Shown here one piece after another: positions 37,630 to 52,193 of a stretch of 64,000 nucleotides of DNA (the first letter of the stretch is position 1; each line of letters opens with the position of its first letter). A program made the position numbers and the translations under genes. Source of the stretch: Anaeramoeba ignava BMAN (Eukaryota; Protista; Anaeramoebae); NCBI GenBank assembly GCA_028826165.1, contig JAPDFW010000081.1, positions 682,001-746,000 on the forward strand. Reading direction: 5' to 3'. The notes below the pieces were generated by a model that was not told where the DNA came from, searched no databases, and was given only the letters and a program-made list of their open reading frames with translations.

Positions 37630-38990
37630 GAATTTTAAATTGGGTTTTAATTTTGGTTTTAAAATTAAATTGTTTTTAAATTGGGTTTTTAAATTGGTTT
37701 TTAAATTGGTTTTAAATTGGTTTTAAATTGATTTTAAATAGGGTTTTTAAATGGGTTTTAAATTGGGTTTTAAATTGGGTTTTAAATTGATTTTTAAATT
37801 GGTTTTAAATTGGTTTTAAAATTGGTTTTAAAATTTAAATTGATTTTAAATTGATTTTTAAATTGATTTTAAATTGATTTTAAATTTAGTTTTAAATTGG
37901 TTTTAAATTGATTTTAAATTGGTTTTAAATTGATTTTAAATTGGTTTTAAATTGGTTTTTAAATTGGTTTTAAATTGGTTTTTAAATTGATTTTAAATTG
38001 GTTTTTAAATTGGTTTTAAATTGGTTTTAAAATTGATTTTTAAATTGGTTTTTAAATTGGTTTTAAATTGGTTTTAAATTGGTTTTAAATTGATTTTAAA
38101 TTGGTTTTAAATTGGTTTTTAAATTGGGTTTTAAATTGGTTTTAAATTGATTTTAAATTGGTTTTAAATTGATTTTAAATTGGTTTTTAAATTGGTTTTA
38201 AATTGGTTTTAAATTGGTTTTAAATTTGGTTTTAAATTGGTTTTAAATTGAGTTTTAAATTGGTTTTTAAATTGGTTTTAAATTGGTTTTAAATTGATTT
38301 TAAATTGGTTTTAAATTGGTTTTAAATTGGTTTTAAATTGGTTTTTAAATTGGTTTTAAATTGGGTTTTAAATTGGTTTTAAATTGGGTTTTAAATTGGT
38401 TTTTAAATTGGGTTTTAAATTGGTTTTAAATTGGTTTTAAATTGATTTTTAAATTGGTTTTTAAATTGGTTTTTAAATTGGGTTTTAAATTGGTTTTTAA
38501 ATTGGTTTTAAATTGGTTTTAAATTGGTTTTAAATTGGTTTTAAATTGGTTTTAAATTGGTTTTAAATTGGTTTTAAATTGGATTTTAAATTGGTTTTAA
38601 ATTGGTTTTAAATTGATTTTAAATTGGATTTTAAATTGATTTTAAATTGGTTTTTAAATTGGGTTTTAAATTGGTTTTAAATTGGTTTTAAATTGATTTT
38701 AAATTGGATTTTAAATTGATTTTAAATTGGTTTTAAATTGGTTTTTAAATTGGTTTTAAATTGGTTTTAAATTTGATTTTAAATTGGTTTTAAATTGGTT
38801 TTAAATTGGTTTTAAATTGGTTTTAAATTGGGTTTTAAATTGGGTTTAATTTGGTTTTAAATTGGGTTTTAAATTGGTTTTAAATTGGTTTTAAATTGGT
38901 TTTAATTTGGTTTTAAATTAATTTTAAATTGGTTTTAAATTGGGTTTAAATTAATTTTAAATTGGATTTTAAATTGGGTTTAAATTTTTT
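37630..38990. repeat. 11-mer array TTTTAAATTGG immediately downstream of the DOCK stop codon
   Basis: Directly visible; roughly 120 copies by length. Scattered copies extend left to ~36750. Confidence 0.93.
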
Positions 38991-39026
38991 TAAAAAGGTT
39001 GTAAATGTTATAAAAGTTAAATAAAA

Positions 39027-42000
39027 TCATTTCATAAATCCAGTTTTTTCCAATCTTAAATCTATTAAACTTGGTTCTAATAACCTTCTCATTTTTCCAA
39101 AAAATTTTGTTAATTTATCATGAAATCTTCTTGTTTCTTCTGAACCTAATTGACGATGTAATTTCAATCCTTCTTCAAGTAAATCTTGTTGTTTAAGAAA
39201 CTCCAATTTTAATCGAATAACAGAATCTTCATCATTTGGATTTTCTTTCAAATATTCTTCAGTAAAAAAGGCTTGTTGATATTTAAAAACACCTCCATTA
39301 ACAGCAGCATCAATAATTCCATTCAAACACATTGAAAGTTGATTTAAATTTGTTTCTTTTCCACTTGGTGACTTATATAACTTAATATAACTTGATAATT
39401 CAATATTCTTATTTTCTGTTGTGTTGATTGCATTCTGAATTGGTGATAATTCATGAACAACCTTCTTTATAACTTTCAATCTATTCCGAATTGATGGAAA
39501 TGAATCTTCTGTAATTAAAAATTCATTATGTAACCATAAATATCTAAATTCATTTTCTTTATCTTTGATTTTTTGAATTGGTTTTGAACTTAAAAAAACA
39601 TTAATTGAATCATTTATAATAAAATTCTTGGCAAAATCTGGAATATTTTCATCAAATATTCTCTTTTTTCCTTCAAGCTAAAATAAAATAAAATTAATTA
39701 ATATTTTTATAAATTTCTTTTTTTATAATAATAATTTACTTCTTCTTGAAATGAAGGAATAACAGTTGCAACTTGAATATATTGTCCATCTCCTTCCAAA
39801 AATTGATCTGGTGGTTCTTTTGGACTAATTTGTGCTTTTGGATAACGTTCTTGAAGATATTCAACAAATCCTGCAAGTCTTTCTAATAATTGACCTTTAT
39901 AAATAAATTCACAATTTTTAACATTTAAAAATTTTTCTTGATGTTCAAATCCTTTTCCATAAAATCCAACTCTAAAATAAGTTGAATACATTCTTTCAAT
40001 TCTCATAATCCTTTCATACATTTCCAATTCTTTTTTTAACATCCCACAAAATTTTTGATAATTATAACTAACTTTAAGATATCTTTCCTTCAACAAATTA
40101 ACTAATTCAATTCCTTTTTCAAACCAATTTCCTTGATCAAAACAATCAATAGCTTTTTTGATAATATTTTCCTTTCGAATTGCTTGTGATTCTCTCATCA
40201 AATTAAACAATGGCATTTCTTGTTTTGAATAATCCCATTTCAACAAATCTGAATAAAGCAACAATGTGTTTGCAGCTTCTGGATACCATTTCCTTCGAAT
40301 ATTCAAATTATAAAGCATACTTATATATTTTGTAACCATATCATAACTTTTTTTTCTTCTTAAATAATCAATTAAATCAATAATAGCTTCTGATAATTCA
40401 TGAGTAAAAGTTTCTTTTTTACTATATTTTCTAACAAGAAAAATATGTTCAACAACTTCTTTTAATTGAGAAGCAAGCATTACTCCCTTTTTTTTTTAAA
40501 TTTTTAAAATTAATATTAAAATTTAATTTGTTTTTTTGTTTTTTTGAAATTAACCTTTTCTTTTAATAATTGATGATCCATTAACCATGTATAAATTTGT
40601 GGGAAAAATTTCTGTTCAAATTTCTTATACATTCCCCTTTCTAATGCTAAATCAATTACAGACATTGTGTGTTGTTCAACATAATTAAATTTTCCAGTTT
40701 TTGTGAATTCTGTTTCAACAAGTGAATAGTAAAGATCAAGTCCTGTTAATTGAAGTTCTGGATTTTCCAAAAGAACCAAAGAAAGAAAAGGTTTGATTGT
40801 TGTTGAAATTAATTCATGTTGATTATTTCCAATTAAAATCCATGCATTTTTAAGTAATTCTGAACATTCTATTCTCATATCTCCAAATCTTTCAAGTAAA
40901 ATCTTTCTATTGGCTTCATTTGAATATAATTCAAATTGTAAATGTGGTATTTTCATAAAACTCACTAATGTTTTTAAATATGCTTCCCAAGCTCTAACTT
41001 CAAATTTAGGTGAATAAAAATTCCTTCTTAAAATTGATAAGAAAAATCTTAATTGTTTGAATATGATTGAAAATTGAATAAAACTCATTGATCTCCATTC
41101 TTTTGGAAATGTTTTGAATTTAAATATTCTGTTGAACACTTTCAATAAATCAATCAATGAAGAAGCTTGTTGAGTTGGATTTGGATGGAAAAAAGCAACA
41201 AAAGTTTGTGCTTCTAAAGGTTTCATCATATGTAAAATTGAAAGTAGCATAATAATCAGTTTACATTCATATTGCTCTCTTGAATGAATCTCTTTTTCAA
41301 TTATTTCTAAATTTGCTCGATCTGGTTTTGCTTGTAATTTTAATTTTTCAGTTTTTTTCTGATTGATACGAAATACTGAAACAATTAATGATGTAATTTT
41401 AGTCAATTCAAGAACACTTGGTTCTTTTGTTTGTTTTGGAATAGACATTCTAAATTTTCCTGTTTTCTTATATTCTTGTTCTGTTTGTTGATTTTGCTCT
41501 TGATTATTTCCTAAAATTACATTCTCTATGGAAACATTTCGTGATTGTATAATTGATTCATTTCCCAAATTTCTTTTCATTTGGGAAATTGATCTTTTCA
41601 CACTTTTAATCATTTTCCTGATAATTTTAATCCCTTTTTCAAAGGTTTCTTGATCTGTTGAAATTACTCTAATTAATTGTTTAAATATAATTGGGAAAAA
41701 TATTTTGCGAAAATCTGATGTTGAAACTAATGGACCTGTTGATATATCTAATAGAATTTTGATTTTTTCATCATCTAATTGTTTTCTTCCATAAGCAACT
41801 GATTTGAAAAGACTATTTTAAAAAAAATGTAAAATAAATATTTAAATTTAAATTTAGATTTAAAATAAATTTTATACCTTGAAACAATCAATCCTATTTT
41901 TTGAATAGGAAGAATTTTAATCAATTCTTCATAAATTGGATAAAGTTTTGTAATTGCAATAGTTTGTGTTCCAATAATCCAATCAGGTTCCATTTTCTCC

Positions 42001-45000
42001 ATTAATTCATTGATTGATTGTAATACTTCTTCAATTTGTTTGATAAAATCATTGTGTAAACTTTCATAATTTTCTGGTTTTTTGATAATATCATTTTCAA
42101 TTAAATCCAATTCTAATAATTTTGAATTGATAATAAATTTAAAAATAAATTCAAGTGCTCGAATTGTTTTTCTTGTTTCACTTCCTGATTTTTCATTTTC
42201 TGCTTCTCTAAGTTGATGAATCAATTCATTTATTAAAAAGGGATAAATTTTCGAAAAACAAATTTTAAGCTCTTGATTTGTTTTTTGATTTTTAAAATTG
42301 AATTTTGTATCCAAATAATCTTGAAGAATAGGTTTAAAATTTTGATAAGTTAAATCAACTAAAACTCCAACAACAAAATTAAATGTCATAAAAATTTCAT
42401 GAACAATTTCATCTCCTTTTGTTCCTAAAATGCGAAAGAACGTATCCAATATTGGTCCAGTAAACTAAACATAAAAATTTAAAATTTTAATTAAATTTTA
42501 ATTTAAAATTTAATTTTTTTACAATCAAAAATTGGGTTTGATCAATATAAGTTATTGTTTCAAGTAAATTTCGAGTATCTGATTGATTCATTGATCCTTC
42601 CCAATTAAAAAATTTATTGAAAACTGGTTCTTGAGTCATAATTGTTGAGCACAAATTAAAATTAATTTCAATTTTATCTTTTGTTATAATTAAATATTCT
42701 GGTTGAGTTTGTGATTTTTCTTTTAAATATAATAAAGGTTCTGAATTTTGTGTTTGATATTTGTATATTGGAAGTGTATAATCTCCTTGATTTAAAACAG
42801 CTCCTTTTTTCTTAAGATAAAGATAAGTAAATCCAATTGGTTTGATTATTTTTTCTAAAAATAAATATGAATATGAAAATTAATAATAATATAGAAATAT
42901 AAATAATATTTTTTTTTTATGGAAAATCAACTTTTTGAATCTGCAGAACAACTATAAAATTCAAAATATAAATGAGTATTTGGAAATACTAATGGATCAA
43001 TTGAAATTTTAATGTTTTCATTCCAATGTGGTTCTATTCTATGATATAAAACTAATCCTCGATATGTTTTTTCATTTGATTCATTTTTTCCTTGAAGATT
43101 TATACATCCTCTTAATTCATTTCCATTATTTTTTCTTACAGTTAATCTATATTCAATATTTTTAGCTTTACAATTTGAAAAATCTCCTAATTTCATTGCA
43201 ATATATAAATCATGTTGATAATATGATGGTAAAACCACTTGTGGTAATTTCATTTTTAATGTTTGTTGAATTGATAATAATGCTGTATGTTTTTTCAATA
43301 CTTCATTTAATTTCCCAAAATGAGCTGATAATTGAATTGCAATTCTACTTCCAACTTTTTTTTCAACTTTTGGATCATTTGAAATTATTACTAAAAAGAA
43401 ATATATAAATAAATATTAAAAATCAAATTTAAAAATTTAATTGATTTTTTTTATACATTCTTGAATATTTCTGAAAAAACTTTCTTGATTTGGTGTAAAA
43501 ACATCTGCAACAAAATCCATTAATTTTCCTGAACATGTTTGAAGTAAATCATTTGATAAAGCTAAAACACAACATGCATAAGGTCTTCTAAATAATTGAC
43601 CATCTGATTTATTTTGAATTTTTTTTGTTTTTTTTGTTTGATTTGCAATTTCTGAATATCTAACAATATCACAAGAAATATAAAGATTTTCTCTATCACT
43701 TTTTGTAATTTCCTAAATAATTTCCCAATTAAATTAAAATTTTTTTTTTCCCAAATTAAATCTTCATACAACAAATAATGTTTTTAAAATATTTTTAGAA
43801 ACTAAATCCATTGGTTGTTCTCCTTTTCTTAAAAAAATTGAATAATCAGAAGTTATTTTTGCTTTTTTAGAAAAATCATAAAGTGAAAAATTAAATTCAA
43901 TATCATCATCAATATCAATAACAAAAGCCTAAAAAAAGATATAAATATAAAAATAAAAAACAATATAAAAATATAACAATAAATTAATTTACATCCAATC
44001 GAAGAAGAAGTTGACAATCTTCTTCTAATTTTTGTATTTCTTTTTTGGTAATTTCTTCTTGAGACATTTGTTTATATAATTTGAATAATTTATTAATTTT
44101 TGTATTATCTTCTGTTGCTAAATGTCCTTTAGAATTTCTTGGTTGTTCATTTACACCAGTTAATTCATTTCCTTGTGAAATGATAGTAATAATCTTTTTT
44201 TTAAGAGATATTTTGACTTCCTAATTTATTTTGAATTTTGATTTTGAATTTAATTTATAATTTAATTTTGAATTGAATTTTGAATTTAATTTTGAATTGA
44301 ATTTTGAATTGAATTTAATTTTTAATTTTGAATTGAATTTTGAATTGAATTTAATTTTTAATTTTTGAATTGAATTTAATTGAATTTTGAATTTAATTTA
44401 ATTTTGAATTGAATTTATAATTTAAATTTAATTTTTGAATTGAATTTTGAATTTAATTTTGAATTTTGAATTTTGAATTTAATTTTGAATTTTAATTTTG
44501 AATTTTGAATTTGAATTTTGAATTGAATTTTGAATTGAATTGAATTGAATTGAATTTTTGAATTGAATTTTTTGAATTGAATTTTTGGAATTTTTGAATT
44601 TGAATTGAATTTATAATTTTGAATTTAATTTAATTGAATTGAATTGAATTGAATTTTTGAATTTTGAATTGAATTTTGAATTGAATTTAATTTTGAATTT
44701 TTGAATTGAATTGAATTGAATTGAATTTTGGATTTTGAATTGAATTTTGAATTGAATTTTTGAATTTTGGAATTGAATTGAATTTTGAATTTAATTTTGA
44801 ATTGAATTTTGAATTGAATTGAATTGAATTTTTGAATTGAATTTATAATTTAATTTTGAATTGAATTTTGAATTTATAATTTAATTTTGAATTGAATTTT
44901 GAATTTATAATTTAATTTTGAATTGAATTTTGAATTTTGAATTTTGAATTTTGAATTTAATAATTTTGAATTTTAATTTTTTGAATTTTGAATTTAATTT

Positions 45001-47489
45001 GAATTGAATTTTGAATTGAATTTTGAATTTAAAATCACAAACACGAGATAAAAGAAGTATTAATAATTGTTCTTCTAAGTGATAATAATTGTCTAATTTT
45101 TGTTGTATGAAATTAAGATTAATAAAATCTTTTTTTAATAAAAAAAATCATGAAAAGATTCTGCCCATTCAAGTAAAATATTATCAATTTCAATAACAAT
45201 AGGATCAGCTTCAATATAAGGATGAAAAACAGAATTCATTAATATTTTTTTTGATGGAATATCATCACTTATAATTTTAACATGATTTGATGGAAAAATT
45301 CCTATTCTTTCAGTCATTAAACTTCTTCCTCTTATCCATCCTGCAATTTCTTCACTTGTTTCAATTAATTCTCCAAATTCTAATGGTATTTGTTCTTGTG
45401 CTGTTGGAGAAAACTGATATAAAGCTTTATAAAACAATTATTTATAATTTTATTTATAATTTTATTTATAATTTAATTTATAATTTTATTTATAATTTAA
45501 TTTATAATTTTATTTATAATTTAATTTATTATTTAATTTATAATTTAATTTATAATTTTATTTATAATTTAATTTATAATTTTATTTATAATTTTATTTA
45601 TAATTTAATTTATAATTTTATTTATAATTTTATTTATAATTTTATTTATAATTTTATTTATAATTTTATTTATAATTTAATTTATAATTTTATTTATAAT
45701 TTTATTTATAATTTTATTTATAATTTTATTTATAATTTAATTTTTATAATTTTTATTTTTATTTTTATTTATAATTTATTTATAATTTTATTTATAATTT
45801 TATTTATAATTTTATTTATAATTTTTATTTATAATTTTATTTTATAATTTTATTTTATAATTTTATTTATAATTTTATTTATAATTTTATTTATAATTTT
45901 ATTTATAATTTTATTTATAATTTAATTTATAATTTTATTTATAATTTTATTTATAATTTTATTTATAATTTTATTTATAATTTTATTTATAATTTTTATT
46001 TATTTATAATTTTATTTATAATTTTATTTTATAATTTTATTTATAATTTTAATTTATAATTTTAATTTTAATTTTATAATTTTTATTTATAATTTTATTT
46101 ATAATTTTATTTATAATTTTATTTATAATTTTATTTATAATTTTATTTATAAATTTATTTATAATTTTATTTATAATTTAATTTATAATTTTTAATTTAT
46201 AATTTAATTTATAATTTTATTTATAATTTAATTTATAATTTAATTTATAATTTTAATTTATAATTTTATTTATAATTTTATTTATAATTTTATTTATAAT
46301 TTAATTTATAATTTTTATTTATAATTTAATTTATAATTTAATTTATAATTTAATTTATAATTTAATTTATAATTTTATTTATTTTTTTTTTATAATTTTT
46401 ATTTATAATTTTATTTATATTTTTATTTATATTTTTATTTATAATTTTAATTTATAATTTTATTTATATTTTTATTTATAATTTTATTTATAATTTTATT
46501 TATAATTTAATTTATAATTTAATTTATAATTTAATTTATAATTTTAATTTATAATTTTATTTATAATTTTATTTATAATTTTATTTATAATTTTATTTAT
46601 AATTTTATTTATAATTTTATTTATAATTTTATTTATAATTTTTATTTATAATTTAATTTATAATTTAATTTATAATTTAATTTATAATTTTAATTTATAA
46701 TTTTATTTATAATTTAATTTATAATTTTATTTATAATTTTATTTATAATTTTATTTATAATTTAATTTATAATTTTATTTATAATTTAATTTATAATTTA
46801 ATTTATAATTTAATTTTATTTATAATTTTATTTATAATTTTTATTTATAATTTTATTTATAATTTTTATTTATAATTTTATTTATAATTTTATTTATAAT
46901 TTTATTTATAATTTAATTTTATAATTTTAATTTTAATTTATAATTTTAATTTATAATTTTATTTATAATTTTATTTATAATTTTATTTATAATTTAATTT
47001 ATAATTTTATTTATAATTTAATTTATAATTTTAATTTATAATTTTATTTATAATTTAAAATTTTATAATTTTAATTTATAATTTAATTTATAATTTTATT
47101 TATAATTTTATTTATAATTTAATTTATAATTTTATTTATAATTTTATTTATAATTTAATTTATAATTTTATTTTATAATTTAATTTATAATTTTATTTAT
47201 AATTTAATTTATAATTTTATTTATAATTTAATTTATAATTTTATTTATAATTTTATTTATAATTTAATTTATAATTTTATTTATAATTTTATTTATAATT
47301 TTATTTATAATTTTATTTATAATTTTATTTGTAATTTAATTTATAATTTAATTTATAATTTAATTTATAATTTTGTGGAAAAATAAATAAAAAAAACGTT
47401 ATTTTTATTTATAAATTTCAAATTAATTTTTTTTAAATAAATATCAAACCAACTGCACATTTCCTTATTGGTTTCCAAGTATTTGTCAT
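39027..47489 (-). CDS. DOCK: DOCK-A/B-type Rac GEF (SH3, DHR-1/C2, armadillo, DHR-2), multi-exon
   Basis: Start 'MTNTWKPIRKCAV|ALYQF', SH3 'GWIRG...GIFPSNHV', DHR-1 'HDLYI...KNIE...VLYHRIEPHWNENIKI', DHR-2 'YFRVGFYGKGF', 'SPIQNAI...LSMCLNGIIDAAVNGGV'. Homopolymer frameshifts at ~45050-45145. Confidence 0.93.
44230..45030. repeat. TGAAT/TGAATTT microsatellite in DOCK intron 2
   Basis: Directly visible. Confidence 0.88.
45440..47370. repeat. ~1.9-kb 12-mer array TTTATAATTT(T/A)A in DOCK intron 1
   Basis: Directly visible; source of the spurious IYNF ORF. Confidence 0.92.
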
Positions 47490-47707
47490 AATTTTTTTTG
47501 GTTAATTAAATTTTAAATGAAAAATTTTTTGTTGTTTTTTGTATTGTTTTTTTTAAATTGATGTTTTCTTTTTTTATTTATTTATTTGAGAAGAAAAAAA
47601 GCAAAAAAAAAAGAAAAATGAAAAATGAAAAATTAAAAATTAAAAAAGAAAAAAATTAATTAAAAAAATTATTAGTAATCTCTCTTATCTTCTCTTCTCT
47701 TTTCTTT

Positions 47708-50700
47708 TTAAATTATCTTATTACTAAATAATTTTATTAATGTTTCAATTAATGATTTAAAATTCTGAAATTGATTATTAAAATTACTTAATGATGAAAG
47801 AAGATTTAATTGAGAATCAAGATCAGAAACTGAAACAGATAATTCTTTAACATAATTATAAAAAGGAATAATTTTTGAAAGTAATAAAGTTAAAGGTTTT
47901 AATACCAATTCATCAATATTATTTAAAGATTTACTATCTTTTAATTGTGTTAAATTTGCTATGTTTTTTAAACTTAAATGAGCTTCTTGTGCAAAAATTG
48001 AAAATTTCTGTTTTTGTTCTTCTCCAAATCCTGTTATTGCTTGATTTGATGATTTAAATAAAGAAATAAAATTTTCACTAAATTTTTGGATTGATGTTCG
48101 AATTATAATGTGTGATTGCTTGAAAATTAATAATTGTATCAAATTAATCAACTTGAAAATACTTGAAATACTTTCTTGAGTATTTGTTTCAAAAGATTCT
48201 GAAATTGGTTTTAATTGTTTGATTATTTGATAAATTTGATTTAATGAAGATTGAAAAGCTGTTAAATAATTTGTATTTGAATAAAATAATTGTGAATTTC
48301 CTGTTAATAGTTGTAAAATTTGATTAAATTGATTAATAATAGGATTAGAATCTTCAACTAATTTAGTATTTATTGATTTGGTTTTCATTTCTGTTGTAAT
48401 TTTGCTAAATTGTAAAATGAGTGAATTTGCTGATTCAATAATAAATTGATGTGTTGTTCCTGTACTAAATGAGTTTGAGGGTGATTTTGATTTTGATTTG
48501 GAATCTGATTCTGATGATTCTATATTTGTTAATAATGATATTAATTTCCCAATTAATTCACTCAATATTGTAATATTAGGATTATCTGTTTCAACTATTT
48601 TGGCTTTATTCTCTTTAATAAATATTATTTTGTTTTGAATTTGTTGAAGATTTGCTAAAATTTCTGAAGAAAAACTTGTGTTATTTTTGTTACTGTTTAT
48701 AACATTTTCTGAAATAATATCCCAAAAATTAGATATTTCTTGGAAATTATTCATTATTGTAATTAAAGTTTCAGAATTTGGAATAGAAAAAGTTGAATAA
48801 GAATCAAAAATTTCAGATCCATAAACTTTACATAAAATTTCAGAAACTTGATAAAATTGATTTGATAATGAATTCAAAGCTTGTTGGTTTGGTATTGGGA
48901 TTATATCAAATTCTTTCTTAGTAATTTGTGCATTTTCAATAATAGATTTACATGTTTGAACTGTTGTAATAAATAATCTTGATAAAGCACTTCCATAATT
49001 ACTTAAATTAGAAGGTGTGTTTCCTGATTGAACAATGGAAACTATAAGGTCTGTAATAATTTTATTTACTCCTCCAAAAATTTTGGTAATTTTATTTGAT
49101 AAAGGTGTAAATGTTTGTACTTGATTTTGTCCTTTTATAGTTTCTGGATGTTGTTTCTTGAACATTATCATTTCTAAATCTTCACATAAAGTTGCCATTG
49201 CAAGTTTTTGTATTTCATTGTTAATACTTTTGAGTTTACTTGTTATTGTATGAACATTTTCTTTGAATTGTCTCAAATCAGGAAGAAGTAATTTAGGGAA
49301 ATCAACCATAATTTTAGAAATTGTTTCAGTAAAATTTATTGTTAAATTATTCAAAAAAACTTAATCTTGTTTTGTAATTCTCAAAATTTGGTTGTAATTT
49401 TGATTGTGATTTTGTAAATGCAATAAAAGTATTGTTTGCTAATTCATTCAATACAATATATTCATTTGGTATTTGGAATTTGGAATCTTTACTTAGAAAT
49501 TCTCGAATATTGATTTCTTGTGGTAAATTATTAACTGAGTTATTTACGATAAAAGTTGAAACATTTCCAATATGAACACTTTGTTCATTACTTTCTGGTA
49601 TTTGAACAAAAATTGAAAATGATTTAACAAAATTTGCTGATCTCATAATTGTACTATTCAATTCAATAGGATTAATTCTTGTTGTGTTTAGATAGTTTGT
49701 ATTAAGAAAAGAATTGAGTGCTGTTGTTGTAAGTCTTGGGTCTTGTTGAATATCTGTTTGAGAATTTGCTTTTTCCAAATCTGATTGGATTTTTGTTTTC
49801 ATAAATTGCAATGTTTGATTACTTTGATTTTGATTTTGATTTTGATTTTGATTCATTGTTGTTAAATCACTTTTTAATAAATCTTCAATTGATTGTGTAG
49901 AAAAATCAAGTGGTGAAGGATCAAATTTATTATGAGGTGAAAAATCATGAGGTAATTGAGGAATAAATTGAGGATTTGGTTTTGTTTCTTGTTGTGTTGT
50001 TAAATTTGGAGAAGATATTTGTTGTGGATCTGCAACTCCAAATTGTGAAGTAAATTCTGAATAATTTGTACTCATTAGATTTTCAATATTTGAAGTTTCA
50101 AATTCACTTTGGAAATTCCCACTCATAAAAGCTTGTTCTGGTTTAGAAATTCCATAATCACTTTGGAATTGATTACCACTTGTATTTGGTTTTGAACTAA
50201 TAAAAGCATTTAAATCATTTGAATCAATTTTTTGACTTAATAATTGAGACATATCCAAATCATTTGAAATGGTACTATAATCTGTTGGTTGTGAATTTTG
50301 GTTTTCTTCATTAATATTGCTTGTCATAAATTCATCACGATCTCTTCTTGTTGTAATGTTTGATTTTGATACAAAAGAAATATCTTGGAGTTGTTGAGTT
50401 GAATGAAGAATTTCTTGATTTATTTGAGTGTTTGTAAATCCAATATCTGATTGTTGAATAACTTCATTTTGTGATTCCTTTAATTTTTCAAGTTGATATT
50501 TTGAAGATTCAGTGATTAATTTATGTGATTTATTTTGTGATGGTTTATATTCAGATTCTGTTTTTCCTTGTGAATCAATTTGTTTCTGAATAAGTAAATT
50601 TGCTTTCTTTTTTTTAACAGCTGCTGATAAATAATTTTTAACTAATTCTTCAATTTCCATAATTTGATCACAAAAAAATTGAAAAGATTGGAATTTTTCA

Positions 50701-52098
50701 GCTCTATTAAGATAATGGAATGTTATACTATTAATTGTTGTTGCAAATCTTTTAATATCAATAATTTTAATGATTGATAATATTGTTTTTCTATCTTCTG
50801 TATATTTAATTAAAGCTTCAGGAGTAATTCCAACAACAAATGGTTTATATTTTTTCTTAGAGACTAATTCCTAGAGAGAAACAAAAACAATTTTCAAAAT
50901 GAATTTTAATTTTAATTATTTTAATTTTAATTTATACTTTTGTATTATAAAAATTAGTTGAAAATGGTTTAGTTGCATAAACATGAAAAACAAATCTTTC
51001 TTTAGCAACTTTTTCACTCATTCCAACAATTAATGAATGAGCATGAATTAAATCTTTTTCAATTCCTTCAACTAAAACCCATAAAGGAGATAAATATAAT
51101 TTTGGTCTTTTTTATATATTTTATATATATAAAATGAATAAAATAATTTTAATTTTAATTTTAATTTCTTTTCTAAATTACTTAATAAATGATGGTTTAT
51201 GTTTTTTTTCATCATGATTTCCTATTTGAATTTGCATTTCTAAAGCAGCAAAATTAAGAGCATCATCTAATCCAACTAAATGATTTCCTGATAAAATATT
51301 TTTTCTAAAGCATTCAAATCTATAATTTTTAATTTAAATTTTTCAAAATGAATTTTAATTTTAATTTGAATTTTTAATTTTAATTTTTTAAAATAAAACC
51401 TTGTTGTTAAAGCATCACCTTCATTAAAAGATTGATCAAATTTTTCAAAATAAAATGATTCAACACATTTTATTATTGCACTTCCATCACAAACATCTTG
51501 TTCAAATAATGTTTTTGATTTTTCCAAAACTTAAAAATAATAAAATAAAATAAATTTTAAATCAAAAATTAAATTAAAAAATTTAAAAAGAAAAACCTTT
51601 TGTTTCATATTCAAATTCACCACATTTAGCAAGTGAATAATATTCTATTGGATTTGGTAAAGATAATTCTTTATGAATTTGGGAAATTACATTTGAAACC
51701 TAAAAAGAAAAAAAAATTTTTTAAAAATTAAAAAAAATTTAAATTAAAAAATTAAAAAAAATTTTTTTTACATTTTCTTGTAAATTAATATCAAGAATAT
51801 TCTCAGTATTTGATAACGTTTTAACTCTAATTTTTATTAAAAATGTTTTTAATTCAATTATAGAACCATTTATTAATCCATAACTTGATAAAGTTTCTGT
51901 TTCTTTAATCCATTCTCCTGGAATAAATTCTCCTTCTTTTTCATGAGGAATGAATAAATGATAATTTTTTGTATCAAAATTCTTTGTTATTTTTTTCCCT
52001 ATCATTTCTTTTACTTCCGATCCTTTTGATTCACTTTTAAATTTCATTTTCTTATTAAATTTTTTTTCATTAAAAATTACTCTTAAAGAAAGTGACAT
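47708..52098 (-). CDS. Talin-like protein: F0-F3 FERM head, low-complexity linker, short helical rod; frameshift at ~49352
   Basis: F0 'MSLSLRVIF...KKMKF...YHLFIP...GEWI...TLSSYGL'. F2 'ILSGNHLVGLDDALNFAALEMQIQIGNHDEKKHKPSFI'. F3 'FVVGITPE...IKRFATT...EELVKNYLSAAVKKKK'. The two large ORFs join if one T is removed from a T7 run. Confidence 0.8.
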
Positions 52099-52193
52099 TT
52101 TTTTTTAATTAAAATTTAATTTAGAAAAATGAAAAAAATGAAAAATATTTATTTTTAATTTTTATTTGTTAAAAAAAAAAGTGGAACAAAAAT

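Noticed and set aside
5103-52098. Operon-like functional cluster of signalling genes (RasGEF, RhoGEF, RGS, Ras, DOCK, talin)
   Set aside because: Mixed orientations and separate promoter motifs. These families are large in amoeboid protists, so adjacency can be chance.
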